A stretch of DNA of 64,000 bases from Sulfurimonas sp. SAG-AH-194-C20 (lineage in GTDB: Bacteria > Campylobacterota > Campylobacteria > Campylobacterales > Sulfurimonadaceae): contig JAEMVD010000002.1 in the NCBI GenBank assembly GCA_029215975.1, positions 27,235 to 91,234 on the forward strand, given 5' to 3'. Position numbers and translations under genes: made by a program. Positions within the stretch are counted from its first letter, which is position 1, and every line of letters begins with the position of its first letter. The notes beneath the pieces are model-generated. The model made no database searches. It had not been told where the DNA came from and was given only the letters and a program-made list of their open reading frames with translations. This document shows positions 40,854 through 50,336 of the stretch, in pieces.

Positions 40854-41896
40854 CAAAAGAAGAAGCATTAGACTTAATCAAAAATGCTGACTTAAAAGAG
40901 CTTGGACGATTAGCATCGGCACGAAAAAAAGAGTTACATCCTAAAGGAATTACAACTTTTGTAATAGATAGAAATATTAACTATACAAATATCTGTTGGG
41001 TTGATTGCAAGTTTTGTGCTTTTTATAGACATGAAAAAGATGCAGATGCTTATGTGCTTACTTTCGATGAGATAGATAAAAAGATAGATGAACTCTTAGA
41101 AATCGGTGGAACACAGATTCTTTTTCAAGGTGGTGTACATCCTAAACTAAAGATAGAGTGGTATGAGGATTTAGTTGAGCATATTCATACTAAGTATCCA
41201 AGTATAACTATTCATGGGTTTAGTTCTATTGAGCTTGATTTTATCGCTAAAGTTTCTCGTATTACAATCCAAGAAGTACTTTCGCGTTTAAAAGTGAAAG
41301 GTTTAGCTTCTATTCCTGGTGCTGGTGCTGAGATACTCTCAGATAAAGTTCGAGATATCATTGCTCCTAAAAAGATAGATGCTAAAGTTTGGGTTGGTGT
41401 GCATCGTGAAGCACATAAGCTAGACATAATGAGTACAGCTACTATGATGTATGGAACGGTTGAGAGTGATGAAGATATAGTTGATCACTTTGAGATGGTA
41501 CGTAACTTACAAGATGAAACAGGTGGTTTTCGTGCGTTTATCATGTGGAGTTTTCAGGGTAAAAACACTGAACTCCTTAAACTCATTCCAGATATGGAAA
41601 AACCATCTTCAAATCGCTACCTGCGTTTACTAGCAGTTGCAAGACTCTACCTTGATAATGTACCAAATATCCAGAGTTCATGGGTAACACAAGGACCATA
41701 TATTGGTCAAATGGCACTGCGTTTTGGTGCGAATGACTTAGGCTCAACTATGATGGAAGAAAATGTAGTAAGTTCAGCAGGTGCGGCTTATGCAATGGCA
41801 AAAGAGGAGATGGTACAGCTTATCCGTGATATAGATGAGATACCAGCGGTGCGAAACACAGCATATGAGACTTTAAAAATCTTCGAAGCATCATAA
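40838..41896 (+). CDS. mqnC: Cyclic dehypoxanthine futalosine synthase (radical SAM)
   Basis: DRNINYTNICWVDCKFCAF, PGAGAEIL, NIQSSWVTQG, GSTMMEENVV. Confidence 0.93.
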   Translation: MFKRLTKEEALDLIKNADLKELGRLASARKKELHPKGITTFVIDRNINYTNICWVDCKFCAFYRHEKDADAYVLTFDEIDKKIDELLEIGGTQILFQGGVHPKLKIEWYEDLVEHIHTKYPSITIHGFSSIELDFIAKVSRITIQEVLSRLKVKGLASIPGAGAEILSDKVRDIIAPKKIDAKVWVGVHREAHKLDIMSTATMMYGTVESDEDIVDHFEMVRNLQDETGGFRAFIMWSFQGKNTELLKLIPDMEKPSSNRYLRLLAVARLYLDNVPNIQSSWVTQGPYIGQMALRFGANDLGSTMMEENVVSSAGAAYAMAKEEMVQLIRDIDEIPAVRNTAYETLKIFEAS

Positions 41897-43177
41897 ATGA
41901 AAATATTTTTAACACTTTTAGTACTAGGACAAATTTTAATGGCAACAACAATAGACTCAATCGAGATAAACGGTGTAAATGTACCTCTAATATATGAAGA
42001 GGATAATAGACTTCCAATAGTAACAACTCAAGTGGTTTTTACAAATAGTGGAAGCATAACAGACATTAAAAAAGCGGGTATTGCTAAGTTTAGTGCTAAA
42101 GTTTTTAACGAGGGAACAGCAAAACTTGGCTCAAATACTTTTGCCGAAGCCCTAGAGTCAAAAGCAATTCATATCTCGGCAAATGCTGGAAGTGAAACTT
42201 TTGTTATGGAAGTTAGTTCATTAAAAGATGAGTATGCAAACTCTTTAAAGTATTTAGACTCACTTTTAAAAGATCCTAACTACTCTAAAGAAGCGATGAG
42301 TAAAATAAAAACTATGACACTTGGAAGTTTAAGTAGAAAAGAGAATGACTTTGACTACATTGCCGGGGCTGAGCTTAAAAAGCTTATGTTTGAGGGGAGT
42401 GTTTTAGCTACTCCTTCAACTGGTACTCAAGAGAGTGTTAAGTCCATCCGTGTGACAGATGTTAAGAAGTTCGTTAAAGAGCATTTAGTGCTTTCACGTG
42501 CCATCGTTGTTGTGGGTGGAGACATCTCTTTAGAAGAGGTAAAGAAAAATATGCAAACTGTTTTATCATCACTAGAAGTAGGTAAATCAGAAGATGTTGC
42601 ACATTTTACAGTAAGCAAAAGTGTAAAAAAATCTGTGCTTAAACGTGAAACAGAACAAGCATATATTTATTTTGGAACTCCTTATAACATGAGAGTGAAT
42701 GACGAAGAGTACTATAAAGCTCGAGTTGCTACTTTTATCTTAGGTACAGGTGGTTTTGGCTCGCGTTTAATGGAAGAGATTCGTGTGAAGCGAGGACTTG
42801 CTTACTCTGCTTATGCTCGTGTTCATATGAGTAAATCAAGTTCATATATGTCAGGTTACCTTCAAACAAAACTAGACTCTATGGAAGAAGCTAAAAAAAC
42901 AGTCAGTGAAGTTATAAACGACTTTGTAAAAAATGGTGTCACAAAAGAAGAGTTAGAACAGACAAAGAAGTTTATTCTTGGAAGTGAACCATTAAGAGTT
43001 GAGACTATGAGTCAGCGTTTAAGTAGAACATTTATGGACTATTACAAAGGCTTTGAAGCCGGTCACTCTACAGCAGAGTTAGAAAAAATCAAGAACTTAA
43101 AACTTAAAGACTTAAATAAATTTATTAAGAGTCATAAAGAGATTTTAAATATTACTTACGCGATAGTTACGAAATAG
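41897..43177 (+). CDS. M16 peptidase-like protein, probably non-catalytic
   Basis: GFGSRLMEEIRVKRGLAYS; HxxEH site replaced by KFSAK. Confidence 0.88.
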   Translation: MKIFLTLLVLGQILMATTIDSIEINGVNVPLIYEEDNRLPIVTTQVVFTNSGSITDIKKAGIAKFSAKVFNEGTAKLGSNTFAEALESKAIHISANAGSETFVMEVSSLKDEYANSLKYLDSLLKDPNYSKEAMSKIKTMTLGSLSRKENDFDYIAGAELKKLMFEGSVLATPSTGTQESVKSIRVTDVKKFVKEHLVLSRAIVVVGGDISLEEVKKNMQTVLSSLEVGKSEDVAHFTVSKSVKKSVLKRETEQAYIYFGTPYNMRVNDEEYYKARVATFILGTGGFGSRLMEEIRVKRGLAYSAYARVHMSKSSSYMSGYLQTKLDSMEEAKKTVSEVINDFVKNGVTKEELEQTKKFILGSEPLRVETMSQRLSRTFMDYYKGFEAGHSTAELEKIKNLKLKDLNKFIKSHKEILNITYAIVTK

Positions 43178-43284
43178 CCTAATAGTATGGCATTTTGTCA
43201 TATATATAAGTGGTAATTTGAAAAAGTATTATAATTGTCGTATCGGTTGGCGGTTATGAGTGTTAAATTTTATTGTGAGGAGTA

Positions 43285-43452
43285 AGGTGGGACAGGGTTA
43301 GCCTTTAATAAAGGAGTAACAATGAGATTCACCCTCATGATTGTTATAATCATAGTTCTTTTAGAACTAAGGTTATATTCAGAAATCTTGTTTAGAAATT
43401 TCACATTTCAAAAAGCTTTTAGAGAGTTCCAGCTCTCTAACTGTCCCAACTG
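43285..43452 (-). ncRNA. Putative cis-antisense antitoxin RNA (3' end uncertain)
   Basis: Minus-strand TGCTATAAT at 43459-43467 pointing into the peptide ORF; perfect hairpin 43419-43440. Confidence 0.5.
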
Positions 43453-43453
43453 A
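43322..43453 (+). CDS. Putative type I toxin peptide (MRFTLMIVIIIVLLELRLY + 24-aa tail), not in ORF track
   Basis: AAAGGAG RBS in hairpin; hydrophobic core; TATAAT at 43230-43235; long-range 5'/3' pairing. Confidence 0.65.
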   Translation: MRFTLMIVIIIVLLELRLYSEILFRNFTFQKAFREFQLSNCPN

Positions 43454-43499
43454 ATAAAATTATAGCATATTTTGTTTAAAAAGAAAAAGGAAAATAGAT

Positions 43500-45737
43500 T
43501 TGGCTACAACTCTAATCGGTCAAATAGATAGAATCCTTTTTGAAGATGAGGGCTTTATTATCGCGGCTCTTAAGTCTGGTGAAAAGATTAGTGGGACTTA
43601 CTATGAGAGTGATATTGAGAGTATAAAAGGCTCGGCTATTACCCTCACCGGATTTTGGGAAGATCATAAAAAGTATGGAAAAACTTTTAAGTTTGAGACT
43701 CTCAAAGTCAACCAAAACGAACTTTTTTTCTTTTTAAACAAAATTATCAAAGGTTTCACAAAAAAACTAACAGCAGAACTTATACAGATGTTTGGGCAAG
43801 ATGGTTTAGTTGAGATACTTGATAATGATATAGAGAGGCTTTTAGAGTTTAAGGGCATAAAAGAAAAACGTCTTAAAAAGATTCAAGCCTCTTGGAAACA
43901 GTTTCGTTCAATGCGGCGTTTAGGAGAATTTCTCTCTCCTTTTGATGTCTCTCCAGCACTCCTTACTACAATAGCAACTGCTATGAAAGATGTAGATGAA
44001 CCCTGCACAAAGATAAAAGACAATCCTTACATACTTACACATATAAACTCCATCGGTTTTAAGCGAGCAGATGAACTCGCTCTTAAAATGGGGATAGATA
44101 GAGAAGATGAAGGGCGCATTAGCTCGGCTATGGATTATGTCCTACTTAACTACTGTGAAGCTCAGGGGAACTCCTGCATAGCTAAAGAAGTGCTTTTTAG
44201 TGGCTTAGATGAACTGCTTATGTTTACTCATAAACACAATCTTTATGAGGCCGCTTTAGTTGAGAGAGTAGGTGAGGGAAGCATCGTCATTATGAAAAAT
44301 GATAGAGTTTCACCTGCTCGACTTTATGATGCAGAAAAGTACTTATATGATGAGTTCAAGATGCGAACTAAACTTAGTAGTGGTGGATTTGTTAAAAATA
44401 TAGATGAGTTTTTAAAAGACTCTTCGCTTAAACTAGGCGAACAGCAAAAAGAGGCAGTTGTAAAGATAAATGAGGGAGCAATGCTTCTCTTTTTAGTGGG
44501 TTACGCGGGAACTGGTAAAAGTACTACAAGTAAAACTATTCTTGAACTCATAAACACAAAGCATGATAAAAAAGAGATAATGACCTGTGCTTTAAGTGGC
44601 ATTGCCTCTCAACGCATAAGTGATACTACAGGATATGAGTCTGCAACTATACAATCTCTTCTTATAAAGCATGAAAATAGTGATAAATTTCCTTATAGTG
44701 TAGTGCTTATTGATGAAGCTTCCATGATTAACTCTTCACTTTTTGCAAGACTTATGGGAAAAATCTCTCGTAAGGCTATCGTCATTATAGTTGGAGATGA
44801 TGCACAACTTCCTCCCATTGGTGCAGGAAATGTTTTAAGCGATGTGCTTACTCTTGAACTTGCACCTACTGTGAAACTAACTCAGATATATAGACAGAGC
44901 GAAGACCAAGCTATAACTCTTATAGCGAATGATATTCGTAAGGGTGTAGTACCTCAGTATAGAGCTAGTTATGAGGATTTTGAGTTTGTGGACATCACTA
45001 TCGCGAACTACTATGCACTAAAGAATCAACTCTCAACAGATGAGCTTAAAAACCTTAGAGATGAGAACTCTCAACAGATAATAGTAGAGATAGTTCACCG
45101 TGTTTTAGACTCACTCAAAAAAGCGAGATACAGACTACAAAACAAACAGATAAAAGAGTACCTCAATTACTTTCAAGTTATAACACCGATGAAAGGTGGC
45201 ATACTTGGAAGTACAAATCTTAACAAGGTTTTACAAGAGTACTTTAATCCTAATCCTAAAAAATGTGTTAAACGCAGTGGTTTAGAGTTTCGCCTTATGG
45301 ATAAGGTGGTGCACACTAAAAATGAGAACATGACCTCATGGAGTGGGGATGGTTTTAAAATGGGTGAAGACTCCAACCAAAGACGTATCTTTAACGGTAT
45401 GAGTGGACTTCTTTTTAAGATAGAAGAGGATGATGAACAACTGTTCGTTTTCTTTCCAAACGAAGATGTGGTGGTAGTGTATGAGTATGAAGAGCTTAAA
45501 AGCCACCTTATGCTTTCTTATGCTTTAACTATCCATAAAGTTCAAGGAATGGAGTATGACATAGTAGTTATACCTATGACTTTTACTCACTTTATCATGC
45601 ATAATACTAAGCTAATTTACACAGCCATCACTCGGGCTAAACACAAGTGTATCTTAGTAGGTGAGGGAGCTGCGTTTGAGAGTGGGTGTCGAAAGTTTGA
45701 AGCAACAAGACGTGATACTGTTCTTTTAGAACTTTAA
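43500..45737 (+). CDS. recD2: RecD2-like SF1B helicase
   Basis: G.W..HKKYG..F, HhH KGIKEK, DNPY, IGFKRAD, GYAGTGKS, IDEASM, VGDDAQLPPIGAG, YALTIHKVQGMEY, YTAITRA. Confidence 0.92.
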   Translation: MATTLIGQIDRILFEDEGFIIAALKSGEKISGTYYESDIESIKGSAITLTGFWEDHKKYGKTFKFETLKVNQNELFFFLNKIIKGFTKKLTAELIQMFGQDGLVEILDNDIERLLEFKGIKEKRLKKIQASWKQFRSMRRLGEFLSPFDVSPALLTTIATAMKDVDEPCTKIKDNPYILTHINSIGFKRADELALKMGIDREDEGRISSAMDYVLLNYCEAQGNSCIAKEVLFSGLDELLMFTHKHNLYEAALVERVGEGSIVIMKNDRVSPARLYDAEKYLYDEFKMRTKLSSGGFVKNIDEFLKDSSLKLGEQQKEAVVKINEGAMLLFLVGYAGTGKSTTSKTILELINTKHDKKEIMTCALSGIASQRISDTTGYESATIQSLLIKHENSDKFPYSVVLIDEASMINSSLFARLMGKISRKAIVIIVGDDAQLPPIGAGNVLSDVLTLELAPTVKLTQIYRQSEDQAITLIANDIRKGVVPQYRASYEDFEFVDITIANYYALKNQLSTDELKNLRDENSQQIIVEIVHRVLDSLKKARYRLQNKQIKEYLNYFQVITPMKGGILGSTNLNKVLQEYFNPNPKKCVKRSGLEFRLMDKVVHTKNENMTSWSGDGFKMGEDSNQRRIFNGMSGLLFKIEEDDEQLFVFFPNEDVVVVYEYEELKSHLMLSYALTIHKVQGMEYDIVVIPMTFTHFIMHNTKLIYTAITRAKHKCILVGEGAAFESGCRKFEATRRDTVLLEL

Positions 45738-45750
45738 GAGGAAAATGTAA

Positions 45751-46452
45751 ATGCCCGGTCGACTCTGTATGTTTGATGATGAAGCTTTTAAGTTCGATAT
45801 TTTTACTAAACTTGGGGATTTCAGAGATACTATTGGCAGTATAAAGAAACAATATAACATTGCCCCTACATTAAACATAGCAATATATACAAACACAAAT
45901 ATCTATACTTATGCACATTTTGGTCTCATTCCCTCTTGGGCTTCCTCTCGTTCAAGTATGCAGATAAATGCAAGAAGTGAAAGTGTGTTTGAGAAGAGTA
46001 GTTTTAAAGAAGCATATAAACAAAGAAGATGTTTAGTCCCACTCAATGGTTACTTTGAATGGACAAAAGATAAGGTAAGTAAAAAGAGTCAAGCTCATTT
46101 TATCGTTTCAAGCGACGGGGATTATTTTGTATTTGCAGGTATCTATGAGTCTTGGTATGACAATGCTCTTAAAAAAACTATATTAACTTGTGCAATACTT
46201 ACAACACAGCCAAATGAAAAAATAGCAATTCTGCATGACCGTATGCCTGTTATACTAAAAAATAATGACTGGGAATTATGGCTTAATGATAATAGTACTT
46301 ATAGAGAGCTAAACCAACTATTTACCCCACTTTCAAGTGAAAAAATAAACCACTTTAGAGTAGGAGAACTAGTCAATAGTGTTAAAAATAATGGGGTAGA
46401 TTGCATTAGTGAATCTAATGTAATAACACCTAGGCAAGGAACACTCTTTTAA
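45751..46452 (+). CDS. SRAP / YedK / HMCES family protein with N-terminal Pro instead of Cys
   Basis: YNIAPT, FGLIPSW, INARSE, RRCLVP..GYFEW, HDRMPVIL, VNSVKN; N-terminus MPGRL. Confidence 0.92.
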   Translation: MPGRLCMFDDEAFKFDIFTKLGDFRDTIGSIKKQYNIAPTLNIAIYTNTNIYTYAHFGLIPSWASSRSSMQINARSESVFEKSSFKEAYKQRRCLVPLNGYFEWTKDKVSKKSQAHFIVSSDGDYFVFAGIYESWYDNALKKTILTCAILTTQPNEKIAILHDRMPVILKNNDWELWLNDNSTYRELNQLFTPLSSEKINHFRVGELVNSVKNNGVDCISESNVITPRQGTLF

Positions 46453-46458
46453 AAGAGC

Positions 46459-47067
46459 CTATATAATCCATTCTCTAAATGCTATCTTCATTTTAAGCCT
46501 ATGCTTAACTAAGGGAAAGACAATTAGAAAGGATCCAAAAGTCATGTAAACAGGGAGCAACATACTCTCTAAACTATGATCTGTAATAGCAAAAATAGCG
46601 ATAAAAGAACCTGTAAAAAAGAATATCCATGCGAGTGGTTTCTCTTCCTCAGGACTTGCAAATACAAAACGCAGGGTCGGAAAAAGTGCACAAAAGTCAG
46701 CTAGTATGGCGATGCTTATTGGTACTATTCCTGAATCATCTTTAAAAAAATACCAAATCACGATAGCAGACAATCCTCCAACAAGAGAAAATATCTCTAA
46801 GGTATCTACTTTTTGACTCTCTCCTTTAAAGAGAGTAAGAATAAAGATGATACTTGGATTTATCATAAATATCAGGGTGAGCATTTTAGTAACTTCATCA
46901 GCAGTCTCAGGTGTAATCAGCCAAAATGCAAAACCGATAATACTCCAGATAAACCATGAAATACGATTAGGCTTGACAGTGCCTCGGAAGATACTTATAG
47001 AGTAGGGAAGTATAGAAATAGCTAAAATAAATTGTGCAAAAAGGCCTAATGTGTATGGTTCTATCAT
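46459..47067 (-). CDS. Hypothetical multi-TM membrane protein
   Basis: AAGGA RBS before ATG 47067; about 7 TM; GTVKPNRISWFIW. Confidence 0.75.
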   Translation of the reverse strand: MIEPYTLGLFAQFILAISILPYSISIFRGTVKPNRISWFIWSIIGFAFWLITPETADEVTKMLTLIFMINPSIIFILTLFKGESQKVDTLEIFSLVGGLSAIVIWYFFKDDSGIVPISIAILADFCALFPTLRFVFASPEEEKPLAWIFFFTGSFIAIFAITDHSLESMLLPVYMTFGSFLIVFPLVKHRLKMKIAFREWII

Positions 47068-47105
47068 GAAGTTCCTTGAAGTTACTAGAGCTTTTTTTTG
47101 AGAGT

Positions 47106-47128
47106 AAACACGGTGCATTACCGTGTTT
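47106..47128. terminator. Hairpin AAACACGGT-GCATT-ACCGTGTTT downstream of lipoprotein gene
   Basis: Perfect 9-bp stem just after stop at 47141. Confidence 0.6.
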
Positions 47129-47140
47129 TAAGTGGAGTGA

Positions 47141-47644
47141 CTATTTAGCTTCGATAAGTGCTATAAGTTCTTTTTGAGTAGAGATAGCTGTAATTTTAGT
47201 AATTTTACCATCTTCTACAGAAAGAGCGATGATTTTCTCAACATCCATATCTTTTCTAAATGGAGCAGCAACTGCTTTTTCATTTAAAAGTAAAACAGTA
47301 TGTTTAAAGTCTTTAAGTCCAGGAAGGATAAAAAGGCTTTTGATGATTGAAGGTGCAGCACTTACATCTGCTATAAACTCTGTGTTGTTGTCTGAAAGGT
47401 AAGTTGCTTCTTTAGTCTCAAAGTAGTCATTACAAGTGTGTGCAGACTCTTTATCAAAAGCGAAAACAACTGTAGCAGTAGTACTTTTAAGTGTATGTAC
47501 TTTTTCAAACTGATCTTGAAGAGTTAAGCCATTAAGACTTTTACCAATTACAAGTTTAGCCTCAACATTTTGAGTACTTTCTTCTTTAGAACCACAAGCT
47601 ACAAAAAGTAGAGCAAGTGTTATCGCTGTAATAATTTTCATCAT
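47141..47644 (-). CDS. Lipoprotein, thioredoxin-like fold probable
   Basis: Lipobox FVAC; LQDQFEK.HTL, IADVSAAP. Confidence 0.7.
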   Translation of the reverse strand: MMKIITAITLALLFVACGSKEESTQNVEAKLVIGKSLNGLTLQDQFEKVHTLKSTTATVVFAFDKESAHTCNDYFETKEATYLSDNNTEFIADVSAAPSIIKSLFILPGLKDFKHTVLLLNEKAVAAPFRKDMDVEKIIALSVEDGKITKITAISTQKELIALIEAK

Positions 47645-47739
47645 TATCGTATCCTTTTTTTATTGTTATGAAATGATACACAAGATAGTTTATATTTACA
47701 ATGGTGTATAATTGCAAAATTAAAATTTAAGGATGCAAA

Positions 47740-48018
47740 ATGGCATGGGCAACAGCAAGACATATACTAGTAGAAGATGAAGAAAAATGTTCACAATTAA
47801 AAGAAGAGATAGCAGGTGGAATTGATTTCTCAGATGCAGCAAAAACAAACTCAAATTGTCCTTCATCAGCGCAGGGTGGAGACTTAGGTAAGTTTAGTCC
47901 AGGACAAATGGTTCCTGAGTTTGATAAAGTCGTGTTTAACGGTGATGTTGGTGTAGTTTATGGACCAGTTAAAACTCAGTTTGGTTACCACTTACTAGAG
48001 GTTACGGGGAGAGGATAA
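47740..48018 (+). CDS. ppiC: Parvulin peptidyl-prolyl isomerase
   Basis: ARHILV, SNCPS...GGDLG, MVPEFD, KTQFGYHL. Confidence 0.95.
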   Translation: MAWATARHILVEDEEKCSQLKEEIAGGIDFSDAAKTNSNCPSSAQGGDLGKFSPGQMVPEFDKVVFNGDVGVVYGPVKTQFGYHLLEVTGRG

Positions 48019-48889
48019 TCTCTTCGAGTTCCTCTAGAGGAGCGGATATAAGTCCATCAAACTGTGTTTTATTAAAAGTTTGCTGGCGTTTTGCGAGTTG
48101 TGCGGTGTGAATAGATATTAACTCGCACATCTCCTCTTTTTCTACTTTTGCATCTAAAAACTCTAAAACTTCTACTATTCCGATACTACTCATAGAGTGT
48201 GGTAAACGCGAGTACTTCTGCTCTAAAACACAAACTTCATCTATTAAACCCATCTCAAGCATCGCAGTTGTACGTTTTTTAATGCGCTCACGAATAGTCT
48301 CTCGTGATACTTCTATGTTATAGATAGGCATTTTCTCGATGATTGGTTTTGGTGGATTTTTACTAAACCACTGAGAAGGTGTTAAACCTGAAGCTTCATA
48401 GATTAGTAAAGCTTTTTCTATTCTATAAGCATCATTTTTATCTATGTTTTTCATATACTCAGCATCATTACGAGAGAGTAGCTCATAACACTCAGTTAAA
48501 TTTTTGAGTTGTTCATTTACTCTGGTTTTAATCTCTTGAGAAATAGAGGGAAGAGTTGAGAGTCCTTGCATTAAAGACTTAAGATAAAAAGATGTTCCAC
48601 CAACTATGACAAGGTTCTTGGCATTTTCTTTACAATTTTTAACAACCTCTTTATACAAAGATATAAAAATATCTACACTAAAGTACTCATCAGGACTTAA
48701 AACATTTATGCCAAAGTGCTTTACTTTAGAAAGCTCTTCTTTTGAAGGTTTGGCTGAGACTATGTCTATCTCTTTGTAGATGCTAAGTGAGTCTATGGAG
48801 AGTATGTAAGCATTAGTCTTGAGTGCGATTTTTATGGCTAAGTCACTCTTCCCTGATGCAGTTGGTCCAATGATTGCAAGTTGATTCAT
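48002..48889 (-). CDS. miaA: tRNA dimethylallyltransferase
   Basis: GPTASGKS, SIDSLSIY, VGGTSFY, LAKRQQTF. Confidence 0.96.
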   Translation of the reverse strand: MNQLAIIGPTASGKSDLAIKIALKTNAYILSIDSLSIYKEIDIVSAKPSKEELSKVKHFGINVLSPDEYFSVDIFISLYKEVVKNCKENAKNLVIVGGTSFYLKSLMQGLSTLPSISQEIKTRVNEQLKNLTECYELLSRNDAEYMKNIDKNDAYRIEKALLIYEASGLTPSQWFSKNPPKPIIEKMPIYNIEVSRETIRERIKKRTTAMLEMGLIDEVCVLEQKYSRLPHSMSSIGIVEVLEFLDAKVEKEEMCELISIHTAQLAKRQQTFNKTQFDGLISAPLEELEEIILSP

Positions 48890-48957
48890 GCTGAAATTAT
48901 ATCATTTTAAAGCTCTTTTAGATAAAATAACTAATAATTATGTAAAAGGGAAATATC

Positions 48958-49818
48958 TTGCAAAGAGTTATACAAAAAGCGAAAGATTTTAATGAGTTAG
49001 TAATGTTTGAACACTCTATCTTTTCTCTTCCTTTTATCTTTATAGCTATGGTTGTAGCAGCTGATGGTTGGTTTGGTTTTTGGCTTTTGTTTATGGGTAT
49101 TTTAGCCGCTCTTAGTGCTAGAAACTTTGCTATGGGTGTGAACCGATATGCTGATCGTGACATAGATGCACAAAACCCAAGAACAGCTTCTCGACCAAAT
49201 GTAGATGGACGGCTAGACTCTTTTAGCATTTTACTTTTCATTCTAGTAAACGCAGTGATTTTTGTAGCTGTGGCATACATGATAAACCCTTTAGCCCTGA
49301 AACTTTCTCTCCCTATACTTTTTGTATTAGGCTCATACTCTTACTTTAAGCGTTTCTCGTCAATGGCACATATCATTTTAGGGATTTCACTAGGTCTTGC
49401 TCCTATCGCAGGTGTTGTAGCAGTAAGTGCTACTATCCCTTTGTGGTCTATGCTTTTGAGCCTTGGTGTTGTTTTTTGGGTGGCGGGATTTGATTTACTC
49501 TACTCTTTACAAGATATGGCATTTGACAAAGAAAAAGGTCTGCATTCTATTCCCTCAAAATATGGAGCAGAGACTACACTTTTAATCTCAGCGATTTTTC
49601 ATACACTTACAATTTTATTTTGGGCACTTTTCGTTTATGAGGCTAATCTAGGCTATATCGCATATTTCGCTGCGTTTGGGAGTGCTTTAGTCTTGGCATT
49701 TGAGCAAGAGCTCGTGCGTCGTGACTTTACACAAATAAATCGTGCTTTTTTTACTGTAAATGGCTACTTAGGTGTTGCATTTTTTGCTTTAATTATTTTA
49801 GATAGGATTGTTTCATGA
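48958..49818 (+). CDS. mqnP: UbiA-family prenyltransferase of the futalosine pathway
   Basis: FEHSIFSLPF, NRYADRDIDAQNPRTASRP, AGFDLLYSLQD. Confidence 0.88.
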   Translation: MQRVIQKAKDFNELVMFEHSIFSLPFIFIAMVVAADGWFGFWLLFMGILAALSARNFAMGVNRYADRDIDAQNPRTASRPNVDGRLDSFSILLFILVNAVIFVAVAYMINPLALKLSLPILFVLGSYSYFKRFSSMAHIILGISLGLAPIAGVVAVSATIPLWSMLLSLGVVFWVAGFDLLYSLQDMAFDKEKGLHSIPSKYGAETTLLISAIFHTLTILFWALFVYEANLGYIAYFAAFGSALVLAFEQELVRRDFTQINRAFFTVNGYLGVAFFALIILDRIVS

Positions 49819-50336
49819 GTACTCCACGTTTAGTTCAAGCCCCCATTAGTATCTGTTTTAGTGAAGCAGATATAGACAAAGAAGTTTATGAGAGGGAGTA
49901 CCAACAGTTAAGTGAGTCTGATGAAGATCCAATTAGCCAATGGTTAAAACTTGCAAAAGCAAAAGGCGATACAAGAGAGACAGACCCTATACTTTTAGAA
50001 CTCGTAGTTGAGCTACATAGAAAGATAGATTCACTAGAGATGTTTTTAAAAGATGAGGTACCTTCTCGTGTCTCACTTATCAGTTCTTGTGCTATTGAGT
50101 CCATAGGGTTTGAGTACTTTAAGATGGAGAGTGAAGTTTTGCAAGAGGGTGTTATTTACTATGGTCGTATTGAAATGCCTATCTATCCTAAACATGATGT
50201 TGGAGTGTTTTTTCAAGCAAAAGATAGTAGTTTGGCAAAGATAATTAAGATGCACGATAGAGATGAAAAAGAGTGGAATGCCTACCTGACAGCAAGAGAA
50301 AGAGTTTTAATCCGTGAAGCAAGAGAGAAAAGATAA
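49815..50336 (+). CDS. Conserved hypothetical protein
   Basis: 173-aa ORF overlapping mqnP stop (ATGA). Confidence 0.75.
   Translation: MSTPRLVQAPISICFSEADIDKEVYEREYQQLSESDEDPISQWLKLAKAKGDTRETDPILLELVVELHRKIDSLEMFLKDEVPSRVSLISSCAIESIGFEYFKMESEVLQEGVIYYGRIEMPIYPKHDVGVFFQAKDSSLAKIIKMHDRDEKEWNAYLTARERVLIREAREKR

Noticed and set aside
41897-43177. Missing HxxEH in the M16 peptidase as a novelty
   Set aside because: Non-catalytic M16B subunits are well known
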